64,000 nt of DNA from a virus, in IMG/VR virus record IMGVR_UViG_3300045049_000079, positions 1-64,000 of that record. One strand, given 5' to 3'. A program made the position numbers and the translations under genes. Below the pieces are notes generated by a model. The model worked only from the letters and a program-made list of their open reading frames with translations. It was not told where the DNA came from and did no database searches. Shown here piece after piece: positions 29,088 through 39,808 of the stretch (its first letter is position 1; each line of letters starts with the position of its first letter).

Positions 29088-29116
29088 TTGACAGCTAAGA
29101 TTCTTAAGCCTACACT
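29088..29116 (+). promoter_or_regulatory. early sigma70 promoter
   Basis: TTGACA-17-TACACT. Confidence 0.85.
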
Positions 29117-31615
29117 GAAGGCTCTTAAGAATTCAACACAAGGAGAACACCATGACCAAAGATGAAGCTATTGCCCTGTCTAAAACTGAATTCTGGACCG
29201 CTATGTCCTACCGCGAGCGGGCGATGTTCCAGATGTTTGAAGACAAACTGTGTATGCCATTTGATGTATTTCATGAAGCTTTAGAGAAGACGCTTGATCG
29301 TCCTGTTTGGACACATGAATTGGCGATGAACTATGATGGCATCAAAAAAGAACTTCTTGGAGAACGGCCTGCACCAACTTTTGAAGATATTCTTAATATG
29401 ATTCCCGCTGAGAAGCGTGTTATTGTGTTTGCGGGAGAATAACATGCAACTTACACCCATGACCGTCAAGAAATTTCTCTCCGCACCAATCGACGTAAGA
29501 CTGTGGAACGGAAACTTCAACAAAGCTGTCGTCAAAGTGAAGAACAACAAAATTGAATATGTACTGGAGCTATCGGACACTCACCTAAGTTTGCGAGAGT
29601 TTTCCATAATCAAGAGCGAGCGAGTAGAATTTGTTGTGTGGAGAAGTGCGCACACTGGAACTCATGAAGCCTTACCTACCGAACTTGAACCCGTCGTGCA
29701 AAAGATGCGCGAGAAAGTAAAGATGACGGACGAGTATGCGATGCGGATTTACGGTGAAAACCTCGCTGCCGTTCGAGAGTTTCATGCACAATTTTTGCTG
29801 TAAAGGAATAACATGAACACACAAGAACACATCGCAGAAATGCTGACACTCTTGCGGGATGCAGCCCGTGCTTGGAACAATGAAAATGAAAGCGAATTGG
29901 ATGCCGTTATGGAACGTGTCGAATGCTTCTTGATCGATTCTCGCGACAGTGTATATGTGCAGCGTGACCCTCAGTATCCGCCTCGGAAGATCGCCTGTCG
30001 TGAGCCCTACAAGGTCGTAGGTACAATTGACGACAACACAAAAGTTCTCGGAACCACTCATGGTGAGGTGAAGAAGGTGATTGAGGAAGGGTTTGCAGAG
30101 CAGTTTCGCATGATTGGTGAGAAAGAACATGGAAAATAAATTTATAATCGTTATTGAAGCGGACAACAAACGTGCGCATGCAGCCTACACAAAAGGTTTG
30201 GAAGACCTTGACCTGTTGTGGCCGCAGATTGTTGAGCACTCCACACGGCGCGATGCCCGTAACCAAGCTTGGTATGAAAAGGAGTTGGCAATTTACAAGG
30301 AACAACAAGTCAAAGCAGAACAAATGCAAGCCGCCTACGACGAAGAGCTTAAACGTTGGCGGAATTCTATGCGAATGTCTCCACGTCCTGTGGAACCACC
30401 CGAACTATACATGGCGCGATCTTACTACTTGCGTATGGAGCCTCTTAAATACCCGCCACACATCAAATACTACGAAAGCATCCGGGCAGAACTGAAGCGT
30501 ATGGCAGACCTAGCTGGTGCAGCATTAGGACCATACCGCATGACTGAGCATCAAGTTCAGGAGATGATTGCGTGGGAGGATGGCAGTCGTATCGAATCTA
30601 TCAAGCTAGAAATGCAGAGACAAACAACCTAAAATAATTTCGCTTGCCCATTGACTAACAGCCGTTTCTACTCTAATATCTGTTCACTAACCAAAACAGG
30701 GAGAGCAGAAATGGCTGACCAACTAACGCTAGACGAAATCACGATCATGGGTGTAACCCAAGAGGAGTTGTTCGGCTACATCAGGCGCTCATCGTCAGGT
30801 AAGGAATGGCCTGCAACGATTGTAAAAGGTGCTGTAGAATACTCTTTCGATGTTACGTATGAGCTTCCTGTCGAAATGCGAACCTACATTCAAGCTGCGA
30901 GGTATGTGAGAAAATGAAAATGAGCAAAACAGTTGAAGACGTTATAAATTTTCACCCTGAGATTGTGCAAGGATATCGTGAAGACAATTTGCTAACAATC
31001 CTTGTGGCATACTTCATGACTATCGAGAACATCAAGGAAGCGGCTGCAACTCGTCTTGCTAAAGCTTATATCAATTTGCTGTTGAAACACTTGGAGGAAT
31101 GATGAACAATGCTATTACAACAGTTAAGCATGTGCTATACACCGGGTGTACGCTTTTAACGTATGCTTTCGGCTTGACCCTCTTGAATCAAGCACAAGAG
31201 CTTAACGACCTTGCAAAAGCGCTCTCATTAGCAATCATCGGGTTCTCTGGCTATTTGAGCTACGAGTTAATGACAACGAAAGATTACAAGCTTATGCCTG
31301 TGTTGTTGTTCGGTGCTGCCATTGCAACGATGATTGGCATGATGTGTCTTTATTACTGAAAGGGGCCAACATGAAGAAAGCATTTATTGCTGTAGGGCTG
31401 GCGTTTGTAGCATTCGTTGCGACAGTGGACTATCTACAGGCGTCCTACAAATTACAACATCAACACGAAGAAATTGCTTCGACGTATGAGAAATGAAATG
31501 TGTGTATGCACAGTAAGGATTTCATTTTGGAATCTGAAACGTGTTCATATCGGCAATTTCGATGCCAAGCCGGGATGCATACACCCTTGGGATCAACGAC
31601 CTATATTCCCTTTTT

Positions 31616-31650
31616 AGCCCTGCACAGCAATGTGTGGGGCTTTTGCTTTT
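31616..31650 (+). terminator. intrinsic terminator
   Basis: AGCCCTGCACA-GCAA-TGTGTGGGGCT followed by a T run. Confidence 0.8.
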
Positions 31651-31799
31651 GTGGAGATGGGAAGAGGAAGCGCCGCAGTATGCAATTGCTTATCGTGATA
31701 ATGAATTTTCTTGTTGGTTGTAGGGCGGCACAGCAGGACAAGTCTATATAGAGATGTGCGAAAACCTTGTGTTGATTGCTTTTTCGTGCTTTAAAGTGC

Positions 31800-31828
31800 T
31801 TGACATGTGTTTTTGTGTGGTCTAAGAT
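31800..31828 (+). promoter_or_regulatory. early sigma70 promoter
   Basis: TTGACA-17-TAAGAT. Confidence 0.8.
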
Positions 31829-33797
31829 GCTCTACATGGACAGCGCAATAGGGCGCTAACAACACAAGGAGAGCAACATGCAAGCTATCATCACCAAGTA
31901 CTACGAACCTACTAACACTCGTGGATCGCGCATTACTGCAAAATGTGACGCTGGCAGTGTAACGATCCCCTATCCGTACGAACTGTCAGGCGAAGCCGTG
32001 CACCGTAAGGCGGCAGAAGCGTTGCGTGATAAGCTTGGTTGGAACACTGACTATTACGGCAACATGGCTAGTGGGCAGATTCCTGGCGGTGATTACGTTT
32101 TCGTTTTTGTTAAGTGAGAACATCATGGCAGAACAATTCGGAAACTACCTCGTCTCTAACAGTAACGGAAGCCGTAATCAGCAACCATGCGTGACAGTGC
32201 GTCGCATCGACGGTGCAATTGTGGCACGAGTACATTCGCCACACAGCCAGCCCTTGAGGCATCTTCGCAATTGGATTGACTCAGAAGAACGGGCAGAGCT
32301 AATTATGAAGCTACAACAGGCAGGCGTTGATGAAATTACGATTAACAAGATTCTGCGAAAGGGTTGATGTATGGACAAAATTATTTACACACTCATCACT
32401 AAAGGTGGCGGAGTTGATGGACGAGATTTCATGGACAAAGGTGGCCACGTAATCGCAGCGTCCTACGATCGAAAAGACTTAGAGAAAAATAAAAACCTTC
32501 CTTGGTGCGATATAGTTCCACAAGTTGTAGATACAGACAAAGCAAAGAAAGTCGCATTGGCTAAGCTTTCACCTATCGACAAACTTGTGCTAGAACTTCC
32601 TACTGTAAAGAGGTAACACGATGCTCACCCTCAAATGGTCCTACGCTACAGGCAACGAATACGATTTCTCATGCAATGACTCGTCAAAGATTGGGCAACT
32701 CTATCGCTTGAAGATGCTGGAACAAGGAGTTGTCAAGGTTGAATTGTGGAGCGACAACACACTTTGTCTTGAGTGGCAGAAACAGGAAGGCGACGAGTAA
32801 AATTCTTATGAATGTGCTTGACAGGCTTACCAAGCTTAAGCAATAATAAGCACATAGACAAATAACGGAGGATCAAATGAGAGCTTGGAAACACATTATT
32901 AACATTGCCCAATACATCACCGAAGATAACAGCAAAGAAGCTGTATTGAAAGCTGCTAACGGTGTTATGTCAGAACTTGCAAGGCTGCCGCAAGACGAGG
33001 AAACAGAACATTTCAAATGGGAATTTGAAGAGATTGCAGAACAAGCTAGGCATGCAAGTGATGACGAAGCGGATTATCTTGTCGATGAATTTAACTATAA
33101 ACTAAACAATCTCTATGATTGGGCAGATAATCGTCGTATTTGGCTGGGGATTTAATCATGCGGCCAATCAAAACAAAATACTACCAAGGGAAGCGTTATC
33201 ACGATCCTGTGCAAGTGAATAGTGCAAGTGATGCTAATTGGGCTGTTGCTAAGTGTGTAGCTCACATGCAAATCAACCATTACGAAGCATCTAGTGCTGA
33301 AGTGTATGACGACGAAACAGGAGAGCTACACGCGATTGTGACACGAAGCGTTAACGGGCAGATTCGCATTGATTACCGTCGTGACCCTGTTAAATTTGAA
33401 ACACGCCTAGCCATTGGCGCATTGTTTGGAAAGGGTAAATGAGAATGAATAATTTTCAAACTGTTTGGCTTGAAATTGCCGACCATATCAAAGATGAGTT
33501 TGTCCGCAAGTTCGGATATAGCAAATGGTATAAAATGTTTGATGAGGCTAAAGACGAAGAAACTGGATTGGACCTATATAAGCGCGCTGTCTCGGAGCTT
33601 GCAAAATGAACAAACAACAAGCCCACGAGCTAAAGCTTAAGATTGCCATATTCGCCGAACTCACAGCCATTCTCCATTGGGCACAAGGGGCTGGGCAGGC
33701 AGAGCTTGAGAGCGCACTTGCGCAGAGGGATCGGGCGAGGGATGATGTTTACAGCTATATAGACTCGCTCGTCTGCAACAGCACAGAATGAAATGAT

Positions 33798-34751
33798 TCA
33801 GATTGTAAATTCGGCCGCCATATGCATAATGTTTGAAAATTCCCGGATGTGCGCGGCCTCTCTTTTGAAGCCATTTATTTCTGTGTTAATTATTGGTATT
33901 TCATTTAAAACTTTCTTTTCAAGTAAGTATGCCGCCTCCCCTGACATTTCAAAGAGGTAAGTTTCTTTAATCTTATACCCGGATTCTGAAAGGTATTGTT
34001 TGTGTCGTTTAACCCGTTCACCAAAATCTTTCGTTATTCCAAACCCTACAAACGAATTATGTTCACTTTCGCACACCAATACGTAAAATACTGCGGGTTT
34101 AGATCGGTCAAAACCAGACTCGGCGCAACTTGGACAACCTATGTCAAGTCTAAGGAAGTTAGATTTCATCGGAAACCAGTTTCCATGATCCACACAGTTC
34201 ATCTTTAATCGCTCGTTGTCTTCGCAAACACCTTCACATTTCCACTTTTTGTTCCTCGCATGCTTGTTGGCTTTATATATGAGCTGTTCTTCAGTTAACG
34301 CTCGGTATCCACCTAAACATCGACAAGGGGTGTTGCCTCGCATTAGTGAATTGTAGTTTACCTTAAATACACACCCACCTATCCCGGCCCTGCTGTATTC
34401 ATCAACTTCGCAAAGCTTGCATTTTACTTTCCATTCAAGTTTATGCTCTCTACAGAAAATATATTTATCGCCATAAATTCCATTCTCCAATATCTTATTA
34501 ATCGATACTTCTAGATTATCGGAGCTTTTTTCTCGGAAACATTCAGGACATCTGCGACCTACTCTAACGTTAGTTAAAGTAGTTGTATTCCATGTGTGCC
34601 CAGCTTTACAAATAAAACTCAACTTTGTCTCAGATGTCAAATTCGTAAACGGCCCTATAAAAGTGTGCCCTTCTAACTCGCATAACTCTTTTATGAATCT
34701 CAAATACTCTGGTTGCCGCGCGGCAACTGGTCTTCCTTTGAGGGTCGTCAT
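33798..34751 (-). CDS. putative homing endonuclease (Zn-ribbon repeats plus GIY-YIG-like C-terminus)
   Basis: C..GH.W...CPEC; C.DHG.W...GCPSCA..GFD.SKP..FYVL...GFGIT. Confidence 0.75.
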   Translation of the reverse strand: MTTLKGRPVAARQPEYLRFIKELCELEGHTFIGPFTNLTSETKLSFICKAGHTWNTTTLTNVRVGRRCPECFREKSSDNLEVSINKILENGIYGDKYIFCREHKLEWKVKCKLCEVDEYSRAGIGGCVFKVNYNSLMRGNTPCRCLGGYRALTEEQLIYKANKHARNKKWKCEGVCEDNERLKMNCVDHGNWFPMKSNFLRLDIGCPSCAESGFDRSKPAVFYVLVCESEHNSFVGFGITKDFGERVKRHKQYLSESGYKIKETYLFEMSGEAAYLLEKKVLNEIPIINTEINGFKREAAHIREFSNIMHMAAEFTI

Positions 34752-34954
34752 ACACCGTACTCCTCGGCGTATTCTTTCATCAACTTAAAAATCTTAGACA
34801 ACTTTTTAGACTGTACGAGCTTCGCGACCATTGCGGAGTCTTCTTTCTTGGTGTAGTATGTAATCAGTTTGTGATAGCTCTGATCTTGTACAGTGTTAAA
34901 ACGAACGGCAATAGCGTCAACAGACGCGGATTGATAGTCAAACGAGCGTGACAT
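34748..34954 (-). CDS. small protein co-transcribed with the endonuclease
   Basis: AAAGGA RBS; ATGA overlap with the endonuclease. Confidence 0.65.
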   Translation of the reverse strand: MSRSFDYQSASVDAIAVRFNTVQDQSYHKLITYYTKKEDSAMVAKLVQSKKLSKIFKLMKEYAEEYGV

Positions 34955-35022
34955 TGTGTTTCCTTTAGGTTGGGAGTTGAAACAGACTTACGAACGTAAC
35001 ATTGCATTACGCTAATAACAAT

Positions 35023-35051
35023 ATTATATACCTAGGACGGTGTATTGTCAA
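35023..35051 (-). promoter_or_regulatory. consensus sigma70 promoter
   Basis: TTGACA-17-TATAAT, perfect. Confidence 0.9.
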
Positions 35052-35150
35052 ATATCAACAGATATGCATAGTAAATATCTCTTGTAAACCCGCCCTCGCT
35101 GTGCTACATTGAACACATGGGCTAACACAACACACACAACGGAGGAAAAC

Positions 35151-37908
35151 ATGAGCAAGCTTAAAGCATTCATTGCACATATGTTTGAAAGCAAATGGAT
35201 TTATAACGAGGACGCCTCTGTGCGAGTACACAAGGAGACGGGGAAGACGGAATATAGACATTGTGATGGATTTGGCGGCTGGTGGGCAGATGAACCGTTT
35301 TAAGAGAATGTCATGCAATTAAACTGGAAATCCCCAGCAACACGAAAGCGCATGCAAGAGGCAATCTTCACACTGACGAATCCTCATTTTCCTGATATCA
35401 AGTTGATTGACGAGTGGGAAGACACTTCTGAAGGAGCTTTGCAAGATTTCTGTGCGGAGTATTCTTTCATTCCTTGGTGGACAGGCATTGGTATTATCGA
35501 GGCTGCATATTTGCTTGTTGAGACAGCTTTTGAGAATGGGAATATTGATTCTGACGGAAACGTTAAACTGTAATAACAACTAAGGAGTTTCAAATGGCAT
35601 ACCCTGAAAATGATAGTCAGTTTGAAGAAGCAAAGATTTCCAGTGTTAAGAAATATGAATCCTCGTGGTGCATTGAACGTGATGATGGCTGGAGCTTTTC
35701 TGTTGACAGCAATTCTCCTGTTGTGCCGGAAGTCGGTATGACTGCACGATTCTACGGCAAGGGTATTGGTTATGTTGTGCGCGGGTTGTATCTGGACGGA
35801 AAGAAAGTGTTCTATAGATCGGAAGAAGAACAAGAGAAGCACTTCGAGCTTGAAACATATGGTAAAGACGCACAAGAATGGCTCAATCGTTGGGATGAAG
35901 GGCGTTCTGTTTGGTCTGTCTCGATGGGAGGATTTGGGCCAGGGTACGAACAAGCTATTCAGATTGCAGCCGTAGAGGTTGTACGATTCCTGCTGGAAAA
36001 AGCGTACGATGCTTCATTGTGGAGCAATGCGGAAGTGTGGAAGGGTGTAAGCAAAGAGATTGAAACGGAGATGTTTAATCGCCTTGACAAGCTTGGTTTG
36101 TCCGGGGCGCAGTACGGTGCTTCTGTGAATCTTGCAACCGTAATTTATCGTCAAGGGCCAGCTTACGTAAAGAGTGCACCAAGTGACAGACAGATTCAAG
36201 TTAGTAAGAATTTTCCAAGCTTGTGATAAAATCCCCTTGACAACCGCTCGTAATCGTCCTATCCTGTAATAGCTCGCTAACAATCTTATGAATCTTACTT
36301 GGAGGAGTGCATCATGCAAACCACAAAGCCAGCTAAGGAAATTGTAAGGCAATATATGCAGCAGCGTATTACGGAGCGTAGTGCTCCTCCGGGATTGGAA
36401 GCGATTAGGACGATGTTAGGGTGGAAATTAATAGAGGCTGGGAGGAAATAATATGGAACGTGACAAGAACGGATATGCAGTGCTGACAGTAGCACGTAAG
36501 AAATACTACATCACACCTTATCAGGGATATTATGCTGTGCGCGACGTTACAGGCGCTATTGTGCGGATTGACGGCAATCAGCAACTTATCTTCGAGAGTG
36601 AAGATGCAGCTATCAACTATTTGAGGCAACCATGAGCCGCAACAAACAACAAGGGAAATATGCCGGGAAGCTTGGCAGGAAGCATTATAGGACGCGCTTA
36701 GAAGATGCCAAAGTGTCTATTGTGGATTGTTATTATGAGGAGTGGGCAAGGGATCATAGGGCGCCTAGCAAGGCTGCTAGAGACTTCTTTGGAGGTGGGG
36801 ATATTGGAATCTTTCGATTGATGCGGATGAGGGTGTTATAATGGACTACAGAGCATTGCTTAAGAAGTACATGCTGTTCTTGCTGTATCGTGAAGGTAGC
36901 TGTTTTGTTGATGAAGATGGGCCGGAAGAGTTGTACGGAGAAGCTAAGCATATGAGTAAGGATGAGAAGCAAGAACTTGCAAGGATTTCTGATGAAGTGT
37001 TTGATGAGGATACTTTATGACACGCCTATATTATTTTGAAATCAGGGATAAGTACATCGGAGAAGGAAATATCGATGTTCCTGTTAGTTATCACTCTTTG
37101 TGCAACGCTAGGTTTTTCATGTCCGAAGATTCTGCACAGTTTTGGTGTGATACGTATTGCAAAGACTTTCCAGACGCTGTATTGTGCTCTTTTGAGGCTA
37201 CAAATTGGCGGAGGGAGGAATGATGATAGAGTACGAACCTAGAACAATTGGCAACTTATACGCCATCTCTGTCAACGGAACAATTCTAGCCCACAAGAAC
37301 GGCGAGCCTCGTACATACAAAAGCCACAAGAAGGCTTTTAAAGCCTCTCAGAGCCTTGGAAATGGTGCGCATGTGGTTTCTGTCATGCTAACTGTTCCGG
37401 AGGCTTTACAGCCTGTTAAAATCGATTCTAGCACGGTTGCAGAAGTGTTGAGGGAGATTGCTAACCAATATGACACGGGACATCCTAGAATTGCTATCTG
37501 TGACTTGCGTTCAGATGTGTATGTTCGTACGCTTCGTCATACTCCGCTTGGTGAGAAACCAGTGATCGAGAAAGGAGATAGGGATATGGTGTATGAGTTG
37601 CACTTGAAATGGTATTGCGATGTTGCTACTGTGAGGGACAAGGAATGATTACAGAAAACCAAGTATGCGTGTTGCGTGACATGCTGCACGAAGCTAACAC
37701 AGACTGGCTCATGTCCCATCTGTCCATCGAGAAAATGGGGAATAGGCATTTTGTTATTGTTGTGGAAGGGGCGAGTGAGCAGGATGTGGAGGAGTTGTTT
37801 TGGGATGCGCAAGCCGCATTAGAACTTACTGACGAGGACTTGAGCAAGCCTCACACTTGCGGACTGTCGGGTAAATATTATGGAGTTTGCCCATTGTGCA
37901 AGGATTGA
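35151..37908 (+). other. cluster of small early hypothetical genes (incl. 35594-36226, 210 aa)
   Basis: Packed plus-strand ORFs; promoters at about 35082 and 36237 (TTGACA-17-TATCCT). Confidence 0.7.
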
Positions 37909-37978
37909 CAGCAGCCGTCCTTCAGGACAATTCCCGACAAGGGTGCACAAGCGTCTTTTGTTGTGTGTGGCTTGCGCG

Positions 37979-38647
37979 TTATGCCGTTGCTGGTTCTATG
38001 ACCATCTCAACTACTCGGATAGGCTCGATATTCAATTTAGACTTATGGCCCACTGTGTCGCGCTTATTCCATAGTGGTTGATGCTCAAGAATCATCTGCG
38101 CTTCGTAGAATAAGACATCTGGACCGGAATCGAAAATGTGAAACTCCATACGGCTAATTTCTGCGATGTCTTTATCCTTAATATGGCTGCTCCACCGAGT
38201 AAAGAAGTTATTTGTTTTACCGATATACAGCACTTCGCCATCACAATCAAAGAAGAAATAACAAACGTAAAGAGCATCCCTCAATGCCCCTTGCACATCT
38301 GGCGGAGTTACTAAGTGCTTCAACGGTTCAGGTTTAATTGACTCTTTTCTGTACCTTGAAGAGATGATTAGTTTCTGATACTGATCTTCAGCACTCTCTA
38401 GCTCTGCGTACGCTTTTAACATATCGCGTTCTGACATCTTCTCCACTACATCGCACCCTAGTTGCTCGTCTAGCGATAGCGAACTTTCATATTCCCTTCT
38501 GTCGTACTCTATCCACTTGTCCTCATAAGACGGTGCGCGATGATACGCAGCATAAGCCGCAATAATATTCTCGTCCGGTAATTCCCACGCTTGATTGTCG
38601 TATAGAATTCTAGCCAGAAAAATCCTCTTCTGATGTATCGTACTCAT
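37979..38647 (-). CDS. protein with a C-terminal GIY-YIG nuclease domain
   Basis: YVCYFFFDCDGEVLYIGKTNNFFTRWSSH...EAQMI...PLWN. Confidence 0.8.
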   Translation of the reverse strand: MSTIHQKRIFLARILYDNQAWELPDENIIAAYAAYHRAPSYEDKWIEYDRREYESSLSLDEQLGCDVVEKMSERDMLKAYAELESAEDQYQKLIISSRYRKESIKPEPLKHLVTPPDVQGALRDALYVCYFFFDCDGEVLYIGKTNNFFTRWSSHIKDKDIAEISRMEFHIFDSGPDVLFYEAQMILEHQPLWNKRDTVGHKSKLNIEPIRVVEMVIEPATA

Positions 38648-39227
38648 TCAATAAACTTTCTTCAATATTAGTAACAACTTCTTTATCTTGAACATCTAAC
38701 AATTCTTGATTGTAGAGACTGCGCTTGACCACTTCCCGACGGATCAACAGTTGGATCAATCCACACGCTTGCATGTATCGTTGTGCTTGCCTTTCACCGA
38801 CACCGAGCGCATCACTGATGATCGCAGTAGACAACTTGTCCAGCTTCGACAGTAGACGATACACAACAGTTGTAGACAACGGACGAGTGTTGCCATTCAT
38901 GTCCAGGCGCACAACACCATGAAACACATCTTCAAACGTTGGTGGCAACGTGCATTCCTTCATACTCCACACAACACCGTCGAACAGTTGCACAAGGTCA
39001 GCATTGTCCAGCACAACAGGTTTACGCCCCTTGCTGCGCTCAGGTTCAGGCTTAATCTCATACGTCCACTCTGCATCCGGCTTCCACTTTGGAATCCGCT
39101 TCTTCAGCTTCGCGAGTAGTTGCGGCGTCATCTCCGCACACTGCAACGGCTTACGCTCGCGCTGATCGTAGTAGGGAGGTTTGCACGCTTCCCACACTGA
39201 TACGCCATACACTTCCATTACCGACAC
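38610..39227 (-). CDS. HTH-containing DNA-binding protein
   Basis: STAIISDALGVGERQAQRYM HTH; probable ATG at 39218. Confidence 0.65.
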   Translation of the reverse strand: MSVMEVYGVSVWEACKPPYYDQRERKPLQCAEMTPQLLAKLKKRIPKWKPDAEWTYEIKPEPERSKGRKPVVLDNADLVQLFDGVVWSMKECTLPPTFEDVFHGVVRLDMNGNTRPLSTTVVYRLLSKLDKLSTAIISDALGVGERQAQRYMQACGLIQLLIRREVVKRSLYNQELLDVQDKEVVTNIEESLLNEYDTSEEDFSG

Positions 39228-39282
39228 CTATTATAAGAAGAAACTATAAATCTTGCACAAAAGCAATTACCGACACCTATTA
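39217..39282. repeat. 17-bp direct repeat ATTACCGACACCTATTA, two copies
   Basis: Exact copies at 39217-39233 and 39266-39282; partial TTACCGAC at 39544-39551. Confidence 0.9.
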
Positions 39283-39477
39283 ATACACAGAATCCAACTT
39301 GGCAGACAATTCAGCAAACTTGTACAAACGATAAGCTTCCTCGATCTTGCTAGACATCTCTTTATCATCCTTCCAGTTCTTCCTGATAGCATAGATAAGT
39401 TGTTTGCTAGAACTCTTGAACTTTTCGACAATCTCTGATACAGTGGCGTTACGGTAATCAAAATTCTTACGTGGCAT
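39280..39477 (-). CDS. small basic protein
   Basis: GAGG RBS; first gene after the promoter. Confidence 0.65.
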   Translation of the reverse strand: MPRKNFDYRNATVSEIVEKFKSSSKQLIYAIRKNWKDDKEMSSKIEEAYRLYKFAELSAKLDSVY

Positions 39478-39509
39478 ACATTCCTCATAGTGTTGTGTTT
39501 AACTATGGA

Positions 39510-39538
39510 ATTATAGTATGAGAGATGTCCTGTGTCAA
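39510..39538 (-). promoter_or_regulatory. consensus sigma70 promoter
   Basis: TTGACA-17-TATAAT, perfect. Confidence 0.9.
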
Positions 39539-39708
39539 TTAATTTACCGACTTAAAATAGCATAACTAACCCTGCTAACGCGGTTAGACAAGCATAAGAA
39601 TGCTGTAAGGTCTAGCACACAAACAACAATAAACCAAAGAACAACAAAAATAAGCAATAACTAACTTATTTTAACAAAGTAAACAACCCCTCGCACAACA
39701 ATCATAAG

Positions 39709-39772
39709 AATTGTACGCTTGCGTACAATTTGTAAGAATGTGCTTGACATGCCTAGAAGTAGCTCCTATACT
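39709..39772 (+). promoter_or_regulatory. palindrome plus sigma70 promoter
   Basis: AATTGTACGC-TT-GCGTACAATT (39709-39730), then TTGACA-17-TATACT (39744-39772). Confidence 0.8.
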
Positions 39773-39808
39773 CCTTACATCAACTCAACACACAACGGAG
39801 CAACGAAC

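Larger units (their letters stand above)
29152..33791 (+). other. cluster of small early hypothetical genes (e.g. 29152-29442, ~29444-29803, 29813-30139, ~30129-30632, 31878-32117, 32371-32616, 32877-33155, ~33157-33442, 33606-33791)
   Basis: Tightly packed plus-strand ORFs with GGAG RBSs; internal promoters at 30651, 31800 and 32818. Confidence 0.75.
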
